Source: Octopus bimaculoides (lineage: Eukaryota). Taken from it: a stretch of DNA of 51,276 nt. Shown piece after piece: positions 12,324 to 25,156 of this stretch (positions are counted from its first letter, which is position 1; each line of letters begins with the position of its first letter). The notes below the pieces were generated by a model. The model searched no databases, had not been told where the DNA came from, and saw only the letters and a program-made list of their open reading frames with translations. Both the position numbers and the translations under genes were made by a program. Location of the stretch: positions 37,106,711 through 37,157,986 of the forward strand of contig NC_068995.1 of the NCBI RefSeq assembly GCF_001194135.2, written 5' to 3'.

Positions 12324-13177
12324 CAAGGTGCATTTCAGAAGTTTTGAAGCTATTTCAGGTGTCACATCAATTTCAACGAAGTACAAAACTCTAATCGCCT
12401 TCAAAGTAGAATCTTTTGACTCCAGTACACTTTCTGTAGCTCTCTAGCTACTTCGTGAAGACCCCCACATAAGTCCTCCAACGTGAAAATGTCCCGGATT
12501 CTCGCAATAACTTCCTTCACCTTCTCCTTCAGCTAGGGGAACAACCAAAAGTCACAGGGATTAAGGTCTGGACTGTAGGGAGGATGAGGGAAAGTTTTAT
12601 GAAGTAGTGGGTTATCAGGACTGAATTATAGACTTGTGCATTCTTCTGTGGCAGGTGCTTTGGCCTTTTGTTAAGAAATATTTTCCTGAACACCCTCAGA
12701 AACTTCATAAAGTACTCTTTGTTGACTGTTTGACTAGAGGAGCCTAGTGGATGAAGATGCTATCCTTTCTGCTCCAAATGGGGACCATCATGAACTTGTA
12801 GGTGAACCTGCTTTGCCTGGTCTCTTGTACCAAAGGAAAAAAGATGCTCGACTCGTGCAAGTTAATCCATGAGCAAACTGGTATATAAGGTTCTATGGCG
12901 TGTTCACCCAGTTTAACACAAAACTTTATTGCATACAGAACTTCCAAATTGTCTTCACGTCGCAACAGCATTCTGCAAACTAGTCAGCTTTGAGAAGAAG
13001 TGTTTTGAAGGGTGTATTCAAAGTGTTGGTACACCCGTTTTCTTCAATCTGGAATAACAAAGGTTGGCAGGTCAGCTTATTTAGATGTATAGAAATGATG
13101 TGCTAAAATTATAATAATCTAGGATAGTTATAACTGCCTCTTCTAAAAAAGTCTCAAAACTTCTGCAATACACAACT
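12324..13177 (-). mobile_element. Internally deleted, degraded mariner transposon (second subfamily)
   Basis: TA then caaggtgcatttcagaagtttt, with a degenerate inverted copy aaaacttctgcaatacacaac near 13156-13177. Remnants YAIKFCVKLG and HPPYSPDLNPCDFWLFP*LK. Confidence 0.8.
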
Positions 13178-13206
13178 CTCTCTGTCTCTTTCTCTCTCTC
13201 GCGCGC

Positions 13207-13244
<38 letters not shown>

Positions 13245-13357
13245 CATAGAAATATGAACATCTACACATGCAAATACATTTACATGTATGTATGAATTTG
13301 TAAGCACTGTATACCTGTGTATATACTTGCATGTACGTGTGTGTTTGTGTGTGTAGT

Positions 13358-13388
<31 letters not shown>

Positions 13389-13782
13389 GCATACATATAT
13401 ATGCATTTACACACACACGCATGAACTCACACGCACACACACACACACACACACTCACGTAATATCTATTCAAAGAAACACTAAAGAAGGAAATGAATAT
13501 AATTGAAATATATATTGGAAGGGCTTGTGGAATATTAATATAACTCTATTTTTTAACATTAAGTTGACCTGAAGACTTACTCTAATAGAAAAATAATTCT
13601 GTTTGGAACTTATACATGTACATAAGCAATAGCTAAAAATGCAAATTTCTAAAAGTATAAAAAACATGTTCTATAGAAATGACAAATCTGAGTTTGATAA
13701 TTATACAAGAAAAAAACTTATAAATCTAAATTTTTGAAAATGTATTTTATTTGCCCTAAAATTAGAAGCAACACACAAATAT

Positions 13783-13968
13783 GCAAAATTTAGGTTAGTT
13801 AAAATATGTGACATATTTCAAATGTTAAAAGTCAAATTCACTGCAGTTACTGTAGACAAAATATCTCTCTTATGGTAAAAAGAAATTTTCTCCACGGTAA
13901 CTGCAATGAATTTGCCTTTTAACTGTTGAAATCTGTCACAAACATATTTTAACAAAACTAAATTTTGC
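13783..13968. repeat. Foldback (MITE-like) inverted repeat, arms about 80 bp, spacer about 20 bp
   Basis: gcaaaattt...gttaaaatatg...ttaaaagtcaaattcactgcagttactgtagacaaaat matches the reverse complement of attttctccacggtaactgcaatgaatttgccttttaa...catattttaac...aaattttgc. Confidence 0.85.
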
Positions 13969-14034
13969 TTATACCTAAGCACTGCTTGGCGCTAACATTT
14001 CGTTACATATATTTTATATTTGTATATATAATTA

Positions 14035-14230
14035 AGGCTGGGAGCTGACAGAATCGTTAGCACATCGGAAAAAATGCTTGATGGCGTTTCGTACATCTTT
14101 ACTCTCAAATACCAGCGAGGTCAACTTTGCCGGTAAACTTTGCCTTTAATCTCTTCGAGGTCGATAAAATAAAGTACCAGTTGTGTATTAGGGTTGGTGA
14201 TATCGGCTAATTCCCTTCCCCCAAATATCA
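14035..14230 (+). mobile_element. SINE family A copy
   Basis: gggagctgacagaatcgttagcac...gtcgataaaataaagtaccagttg. Confidence 0.8.
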
Positions 14231-14414
14231 GTAGTACACTGGATATTCTATGTATATAATGAAAGCAAAATTTTATGACCTAATTTTGGAATTCCTTTGA
14301 GGCTACTGGACTTGAATGAAGGCGCATGTCCTAGTGATTAGAGCGGAACATTCACAACTGTAAGATAGCGGTTTCGATTTCCGGATCGGGTGATGCGTTG
14401 GGTTATTAAGCAAA

Positions 14415-15078
14415 AAACTTAGCATATCTATGATTATATTATGTAATGCGTGATTTTAAGTCAATGTGGTGCTATTTAGGGTGATTTGGCTATTATTTCT
14501 AGCAGGTTGAGAGGAGGACTTTCTCTTTGGCTCGTCATGATGTAATCATGTTGCTCTAGTCCTCTTAATTCTAAAAGAGTAAAACCACTGACTGATTGGC
14601 GCCGGTTCAGGTAAAATGCAGTTATGCCGATCACTTATGTGTTACAGAAACCGGGTAACCGGCCCTATGAGCATTAGGACTCGATACAGTATTTACTGAA
14701 TCTGGTATAATATCGCTCAATTTACTCCATATTCGTTTTGTAAGAATTAAATAATTTAGATACATAAATATGTGGAAAAAGGAGTTTTCTACTATTTTTA
14801 ATTTAAAAAAATATGTACTTTGTTTCAGCAATGTTACTTGCAGTTAATACATTTACGTTAACAGAGAAGAATGCATCATTCTGCAATTAAGCCTCGGAGT
14901 ATTTGTGACAGTTTTCTCAGGTGATACTAAACATGAAACTACTTCGATTACGTCGTGACGAGCCAAGGAGAAAGTCCTACTTTCAACCTGCTAGAAATAG
15001 TAGCCAAATTACCTTAAATAGCACCACATTGACTTAAAATCACGCATTACATAATATAATTATAGATATACTAAGTTT
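14415..15078. repeat. Long inverted repeat: 133-bp arms (14415-14547 and 14946-15078) with a 398-bp spacer
   Basis: Ungapped manual alignment with 10 mismatches (about 92% identity). The left arm follows a decayed tRNA-like SINE head at about 14318-14410. Confidence 0.92.
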
Positions 15079-15609
15079 AGATATAAATATACCACTAGGG
15101 TGGAACGCTATAATATCTATATGTTGCATTAAGTATTTCTTTAAAAAGTGGCAGAAACATTGAGCACCGGAGAGGATGCCTTGCGGTATTCATTCTGGAA
15201 ATCTGAGTTTAAATACAGTTGAGGTCAATTTTACCATTTATCCTTACAGGGTCAATAAATATAAGCTGCGATCCAATACTAGGATCAATTCTTCCTTCCC
15301 CTTTCCACTCTAGATTGCAATAGAGTTCTCAAATTATATATTTTTCCTTTTAAATATTGATATCTGTAAACTGTAATTTTTAAATCTCTGCTCTCATAAA
15401 AATGTAAGAACAAGGAATTGCTGTCACTCCTTCATCAGGAAGGACAACTGAGTTATTATATTTTAGACAGGCTAAAAGCTTTTGGAATTTTTTCCGCTAG
15501 GAAAGATGAAATTTCGTCCTGGCCACTTCCACTTTTAAGTGGAAAGGAAGCAAAATGCAGCCATTTTCTTTCTGGTTGGATAGTACCAGAAATGAGAACG
15601 AATATTGGT

Positions 15610-15817
15610 TTCAGATCTTGGTACAAGGCCAGCAATTTCGGAGGGGGTGGGTAAGTTGATGTTATCGACCACAGTGCTCAACTAGTGCTTATTTTATCGA
15701 CTCCGAAAAGATGAAAGGCAAAGTCGACGCCGGCAGAATTTAAATTCAGAACGTAAAGACGTATGAAATGCTGCTAAGCATCTTGTACGGCGTTCAAACA
15801 ATTCTGCCAGCTCACTG
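15610..15817 (-). mobile_element. SINE family A copy
   Basis: Reverse complement of the near-full family A consensus. Confidence 0.85.
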
Positions 15818-17899
15818 TCTCAATGAGAACTGATATTTGTTTGTTTTATAGGTAGATTTAACGGGGAGAAGAGAAGAAATTGAAAAATGCTTTTAGCTAG
15901 AAATCAAAACCAAGTTAATGAACCTGTATTAGAGAATTTACCTATAATATATAGCATTCATACTAAAAGAATTGCTATAACAGAATATAGACAAGAATTT
16001 GCACATTTATTCATAATGTTTCGTCGTGTCTGAACGCGAATATGCTAATCGCTATTATGTCTCGTCATAGAACAACTTTTCCTCGGAGACGAATGTCTGT
16101 TTAGAGCACATCCAATTCATTAGTGTATGGGGACTCTGGTACAAACAGTGCCTTGATACCATTGTCTCTCGTCAGCCAAATGATTTATGAATAAAATGAG
16201 TGTTTATAACTTTCCAGATACATGTTCGAATCTGCCGGAACATATTAGGAATAAATATGCAATCAGTGTTTTAATTGTCATTGCTCATTGTGCATATAGC
16301 AATTTATGATAGAATAGTCGTTCTCTAGTGGAATACAAATATCTGCATTTTCAAAATACATTTAATAAACACCCGCGCAAGAAATGAAATCCCTTCAAAA
16401 TCAGAGTTGATTAATATGAATAATACTTTATTGGCCATACAGTTTTTACTGCTCTTAAAATATAATGAAGTTTCAAGCAGCATTTCGTGTTTTCATACAA
16501 ATTCAAATAAAATTTTAACAAAAAATGCTAATTTGGTGACTATTTATGGATATGGCACGTTTAAAAGCCTCATATTCATGCTCGTTTCGTAATTGCAAGA
16601 AAAACAATCACAAAATACTTGTAATTAGATTCCATATTTAGCTTACTTTGCATTAGTAAACATATCTCAGTAGCGAATTCTAAATTATACAGATCAACTT
16701 TTGTGTCATAACTTGAATTGATCAATAATAATTTTAGCTTGTTTGTTTATTTCAATATTGATCTGAAATGGTGATGAATAGAAAACGTTAGGCCAATAAC
16801 GGTTGCCTTAGTTTCCGAATAAAAAATAAATTGAAAGGTATTAAAATGTGTAATATACACATGCATATGATACAGTGGGTTGGGTTAAGGGTAGATTAGC
16901 AGAATGGTTAGAGGATCGCGGTAATTGTTCTACCTCTTGTTGTTCTGAGTTCAAATCCAGCCGCGGAAAGTTTACGTTTGGTGCAAGAATAGTGGACGAA
17001 TCTTCTCCAAATATCTCGAATTTGATACGCAGGGCTGTTCGAGAGATATAATGGACTCACAGTGCTTTATTCAAGAAAGTGAGGTTGAATTAGGTGCTAG
17101 AAACTCTACTCATCTTGCAAAGAAAGCACAGAACATGGTGGACGATGTGGGGTTAGGGTTAGGGGGGATACATTATTTTATAACAGCCAGTTCATGTTAC
17201 AGTACGTTTTCGTGCTAAAGAACCTTCTACGTGTGGAAAGGTAATTTAACAGTCACCAGACATAGTTGAATGGAAGAGCTTGAGCTCTTTTGCACTGGCG
17301 GTCTGAAAGCACTACATTCAATTTACATCTCACAGTGATGTGAAAAATACCAGGAACGAAACTCACGGATAGAAAAATGCTGTCTAAAAAATAAAACTGG
17401 CCGTTAAGTCCTTAGACTAAACCGTTTAATTATTGGTCTACATGTCAGCATTCAAGTTGCACTTGTCCACTAAATTTTGGAAGAGGAGAGAAATAGATTT
17501 GAAGGAAAGGGATTGGAGGAGGAGTGTTTCTAAAACAGGCGTGGGCGCGTATATGTATGAGTGTGTATAAGCGCTAGGTGATGTTACTTATGGGAAAAAA
17601 TAGAGCAAAATGTCAACTGTCATTGCTAAGTTGGTTAAAATATATTTTCGATCATGAGGACAAAGGACAAAACTTCCTCCTTAGATTAAGTAAGGGCCCT
17701 GGTTAAAGTGAATTCTTCAGAATAACTATCTTCTCCATTAAACAATGGCTGTATCTTCCACTACTGTTGAAGAAAAGTCCGCACTTTTCCAGTAATCTTC
17801 AGTTGATATTATATGGTGCAATATTTTCTATCAATAGTCAAATGTTCTTCGCCAATGTTGTAAGTTGTGATGTTATGTCTCCTGAAATTTAAGAGGATT

Positions 17900-18400
17900 T
17901 TGTTAAATCTGCACATTGAAGTACTTTTCTTTGAACCCATATATCTCTGTACTTGCACTGCACACAAGGGAAACTTCAGTACTACTTCTTCCGCACATAC
18001 ATGACATCTGTGTGGCTTTGACCGTTGAGCAGGCATGTAACGTTATCTCTACACAAGCAGCATATGTATCTGACGACTTTTAAATTACTCTTCTACACTT
18101 GGAACATTTTTAATACAAAATCTGAATTGGTTGTAATGAAGCAATTTATAATATTGTATAAATTTGAACCCACTCTGTTACCTGATATACGAGTACCTGT
18201 TTTTTTATGTATGAAAAGTTATTGGACAATTATATATATATATCCAAGACACCAGGTAATGATGTTAAACCACGGGACGAGTTAAGTTTACGATAATTTA
18301 TGCCAAGGTGCGGTTTGAATTCAGTGTACAGAGAGGAGAACAAAATCCGCAGATCATTGTTTGTGACGCTCCACCACCTCTGGCAGTTTCCATACATACT
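17900..18400 (-). pseudogene. Degraded Cys-rich coding remnant, possibly a piggyBac C-terminal Cys-rich domain or a zinc-finger relic
   Basis: Across frames reads KPHRCHVC...SFPCVQCKY...VLQCAD, with stops and frameshifts. Assignment is tentative. Confidence 0.3.
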
Positions 18401-20443
18401 TATCTGTCTGTCTGTCTCTGTCTCTGTCTCTCTCTCTATATATATATACATACATACATGTATGCATACATGCATACATACATAATGATGATTGCTTCAT
18501 CTTGACAGATGATAGCCATCCAATCAGCACAAACACCATGCCCAATCACACAGTATAATCCCTCCGTTGCTGAGCCCTCAGACTAGTTAAGACTAGCTGC
18601 TGACTGACAGGGTTTAAAACACATGTGACAGATATTATTCAAATTTCTTATACATCTTTGCCTTTTGGAATCTGATTCCGAAAGAATGTTTTTGTGAAGT
18701 AGCATACGTCTTTCAAGTCCACATCATACATACATACATACATACATACATACACACACAGAGTATACAATAATGTATCATAAATCCATTATACCTATAC
18801 TTACCAGTAGGTTTCACGCTGGATATTAGATAAACTGACGATTTCTACTTACTATAAAGTACTCTTGTCAGAGATGTTAGGTATGGAAAAATGGTGACTA
18901 CTTTCGACTTTAATTTACATACTGACTGCTGACAAATATACGATTGCTTATTTTTCTGGTCTACTGATTCTTAGATGACACTCTCTACCTCTGTTGTCTC
19001 TCTCTGCATATATATATNNNNNNNNNNTATATATATATATATATATATATCTTAAGGAAGAAATTGAGGCGGAAAATACATAAATGAAAAAAAAACAAAA
19101 AAACTATGGTTTTCGTAACATTTTATAAGTGAGAATTTGGAATAAAAACAAAACTCTTTTCTTAATATATTATAAATAACAGAATACTTTCAGCCAGGGT
19201 GACATTTCACTAGTAAGTTAAAATGTTTTAGCATTTAGAAAATGAAGTTTCTTCATCTATCAATTCAAGTGTCCATGATATGTTTGCAAATGTTGGCAAT
19301 GTTTATGTTGGCAATGTTTTCAGGAAACGTGCCAGTGATTTAAACTAACTGCTCCCAACCTCCCCATTTAGAATATGCATTAAAATAGCTAACAATTTCT
19401 ATGATAAAAAGCAAATACCCATAGATTTATAAAACATGCACGCATTTCAGCTACATTTCACTTGTAATAAAGCTTTATAGCTTCGTCTTAATTTTCAGAC
19501 ATAAAAAAAAATGAAATCAATAACTATTTATTTTCCTGAAGTTGCATATTTCTAATAAATGCTTCTGGCGCAATTAAAAAAATGATTAAACAAACCGAAT
19601 GTTAAGGAAAAGAAATAAGGAAAACTTAAATCGTTTTCAGAAAATGTTTAATATTTTATGGCTTCATTTTTCTGAACATTATTTGAAATATTCTGTAAAG
19701 TATAGCGATTTAGTTGATTGTGCTCTTAGTCAAACGTTAAGATACATTAATGCTAGAAATCATAGCTGCTGCTCTACTAACCTGTATCGTAATGATGACT
19801 CATTTTTAGCACATGCGTATTAAAAAAAAAATGATTTCGTGTCTGTGCATTGCATCAAGACGTTAACTAAAGGATTCGAATCTGTTCTCACATACGAAAT
19901 ATTTTATAAAAGGCTCGCTTCACACCGATTTCAACGATATGTTGCGCCGCCATATACCATAATATGGTAATAATTTACAGCTAGATAGACTGTAAATAAT
20001 TACCAGATGATAATATAACATTGCGTTTAACGCGACCGAATGTAAAGCACTTACATTTTAGTTGGAGGTCTGGTATCAATTTAACTTTGGCCATTAGTGT
20101 GTTTAATCGTGAGCATAAATGTAAGCGAACTAAACAGAAACTGTTTTTAAATCAACGTGTAAAAAACAAAATAAAGACAAAATATAAACAAAATGGGAAA
20201 TACTTAATGGTGCTCTAATATAAGTGCATTGTTAATTGAATTTAATATGAAATAAGGCAGAATATGCGTGACGAAAGAGATAACAGTGAAGTTTATAGAT
20301 AGAAAAATGCAAAAATGGTGCCAGTTTAGATAATATACACACTGTAAGAAAAAAGTCTGCTATTTCTCAATCAGATTTCATGCAGTCATTACACTATTTA
20401 GAAATCTACCTCGTGCTTATTTCTTTCAGCAAATGAAACTCAC

Positions 20444-20696
20444 CAGTTTCAAAATCCACTTGAAATTTGCCAACACCACCAGATTTTAAAAGGTATATAA
20501 CTTTATTGTTTTTAGCAGTAACATCCTTGTCAATGGCTTTTAGAGTCTTCAGTTTGGTACCTACTCTAGTCCAGGGTTCAATGTTGATAACAGGGGTGTC
20601 TTCAAAGTAAGGAACGTTATCGTTAATGTCGTTAACAGAAATTAGCAATGTAGATTGTCCCCTAAGGCCTCTCCCTAGTTGGTCATGGGCTATTAC
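20444..20696 (-). CDS. Cadherin gene, exon E (253 nt, phase 0-1)
   Basis: Acceptor tatctataccatttag| and donor actg|gtgagt. Encodes VIAHDQLGRGLRGQSTLLISVNDINDNVPYFEDTPVINIEPWTRVGTKLKTLKAIDKDVTAKNNKVIYLLKSGGVGKFQVDFET(G). Confidence 0.93.
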
Positions 20697-21639
20697 CTAA
20701 ATGGTATAGATACAAAAAATATACAACAAACATAAATATTATATTGTGTATATAAAGATGCTAGCAGACAAAATGAATAAGTTTTATAGCTTTAAAGAAT
20801 CATGCATATTTAGATCATACTAACATGTTTAAGATAAGAACTTAAGGTCGTATATTTGAGGATAAACGAAAGGATATTCGAAACTCCCACCGTTTCGGGG
20901 GATATTAGAATAGTTAAATAACTTCAATCCCGTCAAGGACTCAGAACATCAGATTTTGACCCACTTATAATTGGAAATACATGTTTGACTCATTTATAAT
21001 TGGAAATACATGTGACTTCATTTGGTTGAACAAGAACAAGAACAAAAACAAGAACACGAACAGCAACAACACTTGACTTTATGCTCGCATTTTGGACTAA
21101 TGGACTAAAGAATTTAAGGACTAGGTAAAATTATTCGTTTACTTCTTTTACATATAGAATAACATTTAAACAAGCATTAAAATCGGTTTTCTTTTTCTCC
21201 TCAAATTTCAGATGAGACATTGTATTTCTATTTTGTTTTGCTTATACCTCCAACATTGAAGAGTTGCTTGTGTTTCGGCGGTGTGATCCGTTACCGATAG
21301 CTGAAATCTTGATAAAAATTGTAGTAAAGATGATTGAAATAATGATAGTGATACTAAAGGTGAATTTGGTAGTAATAATGATAGTAAAAGTGTTAGTGTT
21401 AGTGAAAATAGCAATAACTACAGTAGTAGTAGTAGTAGTAGTAGTATTAATGATGATGATATTACTTACAACTAGATGAGATTGATGAAGAAAATTAAGG
21501 TAAATGAGTTAGACCAGGCAGTGATGGCGGAAAGTAGAAACCATCAGTTTCATATTTTGTATTTGCCTTATTGTGTTAGTTTGAAGGGAATTTTTAGCGA
21601 GCTACAGGTGTTGGTGAGTTTACGCTGTAATTAGGTTTA

Positions 21640-23567
21640 AAATAAACATACTAATTGATAGGGGTCGACGGAGACTAAACCAGCAAAACTCACCAAGAAT
21701 GCTGGGTGAGGAGGATGGCAGCTGGACATCATTCGGGAAGAAAAGCAAGACCCATGAGAGGACGGATGAACTCATGGGAGTCAAAGGCCATCCTACAGAA
21801 TGTGAGTTTAGATGCGAACTCTACGCCGTGGTTGGCAACCCACTTAGTGAAAAAAATACTGGTGATTGCATAACCTTATAAACGCTATCTCAAAATGAAT
21901 AATAATCATAACTGCATTTACGGGACCAGAAATGTTAACAGGGAAGGTGTCACGGAATGTCTGATCAAGCTCCGACACGCTATCATCAAGGCATAGATCA
22001 AAATCGAAGTCAAAAGTGTTAAATGACGATAACAAGAGATAAATGGCGATAACAAGAGATAAATGACGATAACAAATGTGAAAGATTAGTCCCTGATGCT
22101 GATGAAAGTCGACTTTTTTCGGGGTAAGATATGGTGTAAGCAAACATCTTCTTATCCCTAGTAAGAGGCTATCCACTTCACAGAAGACAGTATTAGAAAT
22201 ATGAGTAAAAAGATAAGCAATTGGAAAGCAGCAGGACCTGAAACTGTGTGGCAAAGATGAGACACAAGTGAGTTCCACTTTTAGTATTGATATTAGAATG
22301 GGATTTAGACTCAAAAAGTGCGGAGTAACCTACTTCAAAAGAGACAAGGTACAGTCTTTAGCAGGGATAGAATTATCGAATAGAGACTTGATTAAGCAAA
22401 TAGAAACTGAAGGATACAAATACCTTGGTGTATTAGAGAGCAACGAGCTAATGGAAAAGGAAATGAAAGAGTAACTGAAGATGGAGTATTTACGAAGACT
22501 GAGGATAGTGTTGCACTCAAAATTGACTGAATGGAATAAAATCCAAACAGTTAATACGTGGACAATAGCATCACTTCGGTATGGAGCGGGAATTATAAAA
22601 GGCAAAAATGAGAAATTAAGAAAATGGATACCAAGACCAGAAGAATGTTGACAGTACACGGAACCTTCCACTCTAAGAGTGACACCGATAGGTTGTACAT
22701 CTCCAGAAGAAAGGGTGGGAGAGGTTTGATCAGTTACCAGTACTATATCAAAGCAGAGGAAAACAGCCTAGGGTGGTATATAAAATATGTCATGGAGCCA
22801 CTGTTGAAACGCACGAAGAAGCCTGGCATTATCAAAACCGAAAATTGTGTAACTGAAGAAAAATTTAAACAAGAAATGAACAAAGGAAAAAGAAACGAAA
22901 AAGCGCGGAAGGAAAAAATGTACGGTCGGTTTGCAGGAGATGTGAACGCCAAGACAGATACAGAGGACTGGTGACTATGGATAAGGAGGAGTGATATGAG
23001 GATAGAAGCAGAAATACTTCTGTGCGTAGCTCAGGAACTAGCGTTAAGGACCAATTATATGAAGTGCAGAATTGACAACACTACCAATAGCGACAAATGC
23101 AGAATGTGTGGTGAGAGGGTGAAATGGTATGATACATAGGGAATGCCAGAAATTGGCACAATCTTGTGGGTTGTAATGACCCAGTGCGATCACTTGACCA
23201 GACATGAGAAACTGGACATTGTTGTGGTGAATAAAAAAGAAAGAACATGTGTGATTATCGACATAGCATGCTCCAGTGACAACAGGATCAATGTGAAAGA
23301 AAATAAACTACGACGATTTAAAATGGGAGATACGAAGGTTGTGACCAATGAAGAGAGTAGACGAGGTACCAATAATAGCTAGTGCACTTGGAAGTATCAG
23401 CACTCAACTACCATCATTGCTGAAAAAATCAGCATTGCTTGGAATTGTAAGAATTCTTCGCAGGGTTCTTGAAGCGTGACTAGTAAACAAGTGTCACCTT
23501 AGTCTGCTGGCTTTGGACAGCTGACACTTTCTCTCATACCCAGCAAAATAAGAAGCTGTGAGTTTTC

Positions 23568-23569
<2 letters not shown>
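21640..23569 (+). mobile_element. R4/Dong-clade non-LTR retrotransposon remnant, internally deleted and degraded
   Basis: Remnants NWKAAG, DLKL, YKYLGV, DRLYISRRKGGRGL, CRMCG zinc knuckle, LDIVVVNKKERTCVIIDIA (restriction-like endonuclease) and C-terminal LLGIVRILRRVLEA*. The 3' UTR runs into (TAA)n at 23570. 5' boundary approximate. Confidence 0.88.
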
Positions 23570-23599
<30 letters not shown>

Positions 23600-23609
23600 N
23601 NNNNNNNNN

Positions 23610-23653
<44 letters not shown>

Positions 23654-23697
23654 CCTGAATGACTGATTTTATTAGATTAAACTGATTTTCACATTTC

Positions 23698-23843
23698 ATT
23701 ATTTACAATTTTTACAATTTTGCAATATTATAATATTAGAATATTACCTATTTATTGTGATAAAACTAGTACTTTCATGCAATCATCAGGTATATGTAGT
23801 TGTAGTGACAGTTGTGTTCCCAATTGTGGAACACGACTGTCAT

Positions 23844-23903
<60 letters not shown>

Positions 23904-24008
23904 ATACACCCGATGATTGCATAAAGCGTGTAAGTACTACTTTTATCGCAATAAATAAATGATATTCTAATATTATAATATTGTAAAATTGCAAAAATTC
24001 TAAATAAT
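23698..24008. repeat. Spacerless palindrome centred on CAATTG (23821-23826), with (TAC) about 20 expanded in the right arm only
   Basis: Left arm of about 125 bp aligns with the reverse complement of the right arm apart from a 6-bp indel and the microsatellite. Confidence 0.93.
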
Positions 24009-25083
24009 AAAACAGGAAAATAAAAGTGTGTTGGAATTTCTTTGATTAATATATTGATTATCAAACTCGAATATACACCTATAGATGTATATGTGTGTTT
24101 GTTTTAAAATATGCGTGTGATTGTATATGCGTGGGCATTTGTGCATTTGTAGGTATCTTACCACTTCTAATTCTAAAACTAAAAGTGAAAATTAAAAAGA
24201 GAAAGGATAAAAATCAAAATTCCTGAGTAAAATATCCTTGACGAATTTTGGCCCCCAGCAGTAAACAAGAGGGGATTTTTATGACAAATAAATAAATAAA
24301 CATATTCCCATAAGGCCGTTGAACATAATTTTTACGACTAAGCTAATTAAAATCTTTCTGTTACCAATGCTTTAGTGAAAATTCACATGATTCAATATTG
24401 AATAAATACGTGATAAAATTCCAGGTTATTTCGTTGCCTTAGGAACAAACCTAGCAACTGAGAATGCTTTTTAAGATACCTTGTAGACATTCCTAAATTG
24501 TTTTTCTTCTAGACAAATTATTCCTGCAAATGAGTAAAAAAAAAAAAAAAACTGAATGAAGATGCTAAAAGTATTTATTTTGTTGTTAGTCTTATGACAC
24601 TGCTGTTGCTGCTGCCGAGGAAGTAGAGGACACGTCTCAAAAATATATTGTACGTAACAGTAAATTAAACTTAATTAAATTATTTTGATGAAGTACAATG
24701 TAATTGAAGCTAGAATTCAGTTAATGAATTGCATTGCAGTAAAATTATTCTTCAAAATATTTGACCAAATATTGTTTCTTTTAACTTATCTAAAGTTAAT
24801 GGTCAATATAAAAATCTCTGTTGAAAGAAGATTTGAAAGCAAAAGCCAGAAACCCAGAAATAAAAACAACTATGTTAGCAATATTAGATTTCTAAGATAT
24901 CTTTATATTCTCAGTACATAGTTTTTCATATTATATCTCAAAAAAAAAAAGGCAACATTATTTAAAGCTGTGGTGCTTAAAATGCACCACTAAATTTTAT
25001 TCTTTAAATTTTGTGTTCAAATTCTGCCTGTGTAAAAGCTTATTCATTTCATTGTTATCGTTGATAAAAATATAAAACATTTT

Positions 25084-25152
<69 letters not shown>

Positions 25153-25156
<4 letters not shown>

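Noticed and set aside
17148-17167. Telomeric (TTAGGG)n relic
   Set aside because: Only two units are present, which is compatible with chance.
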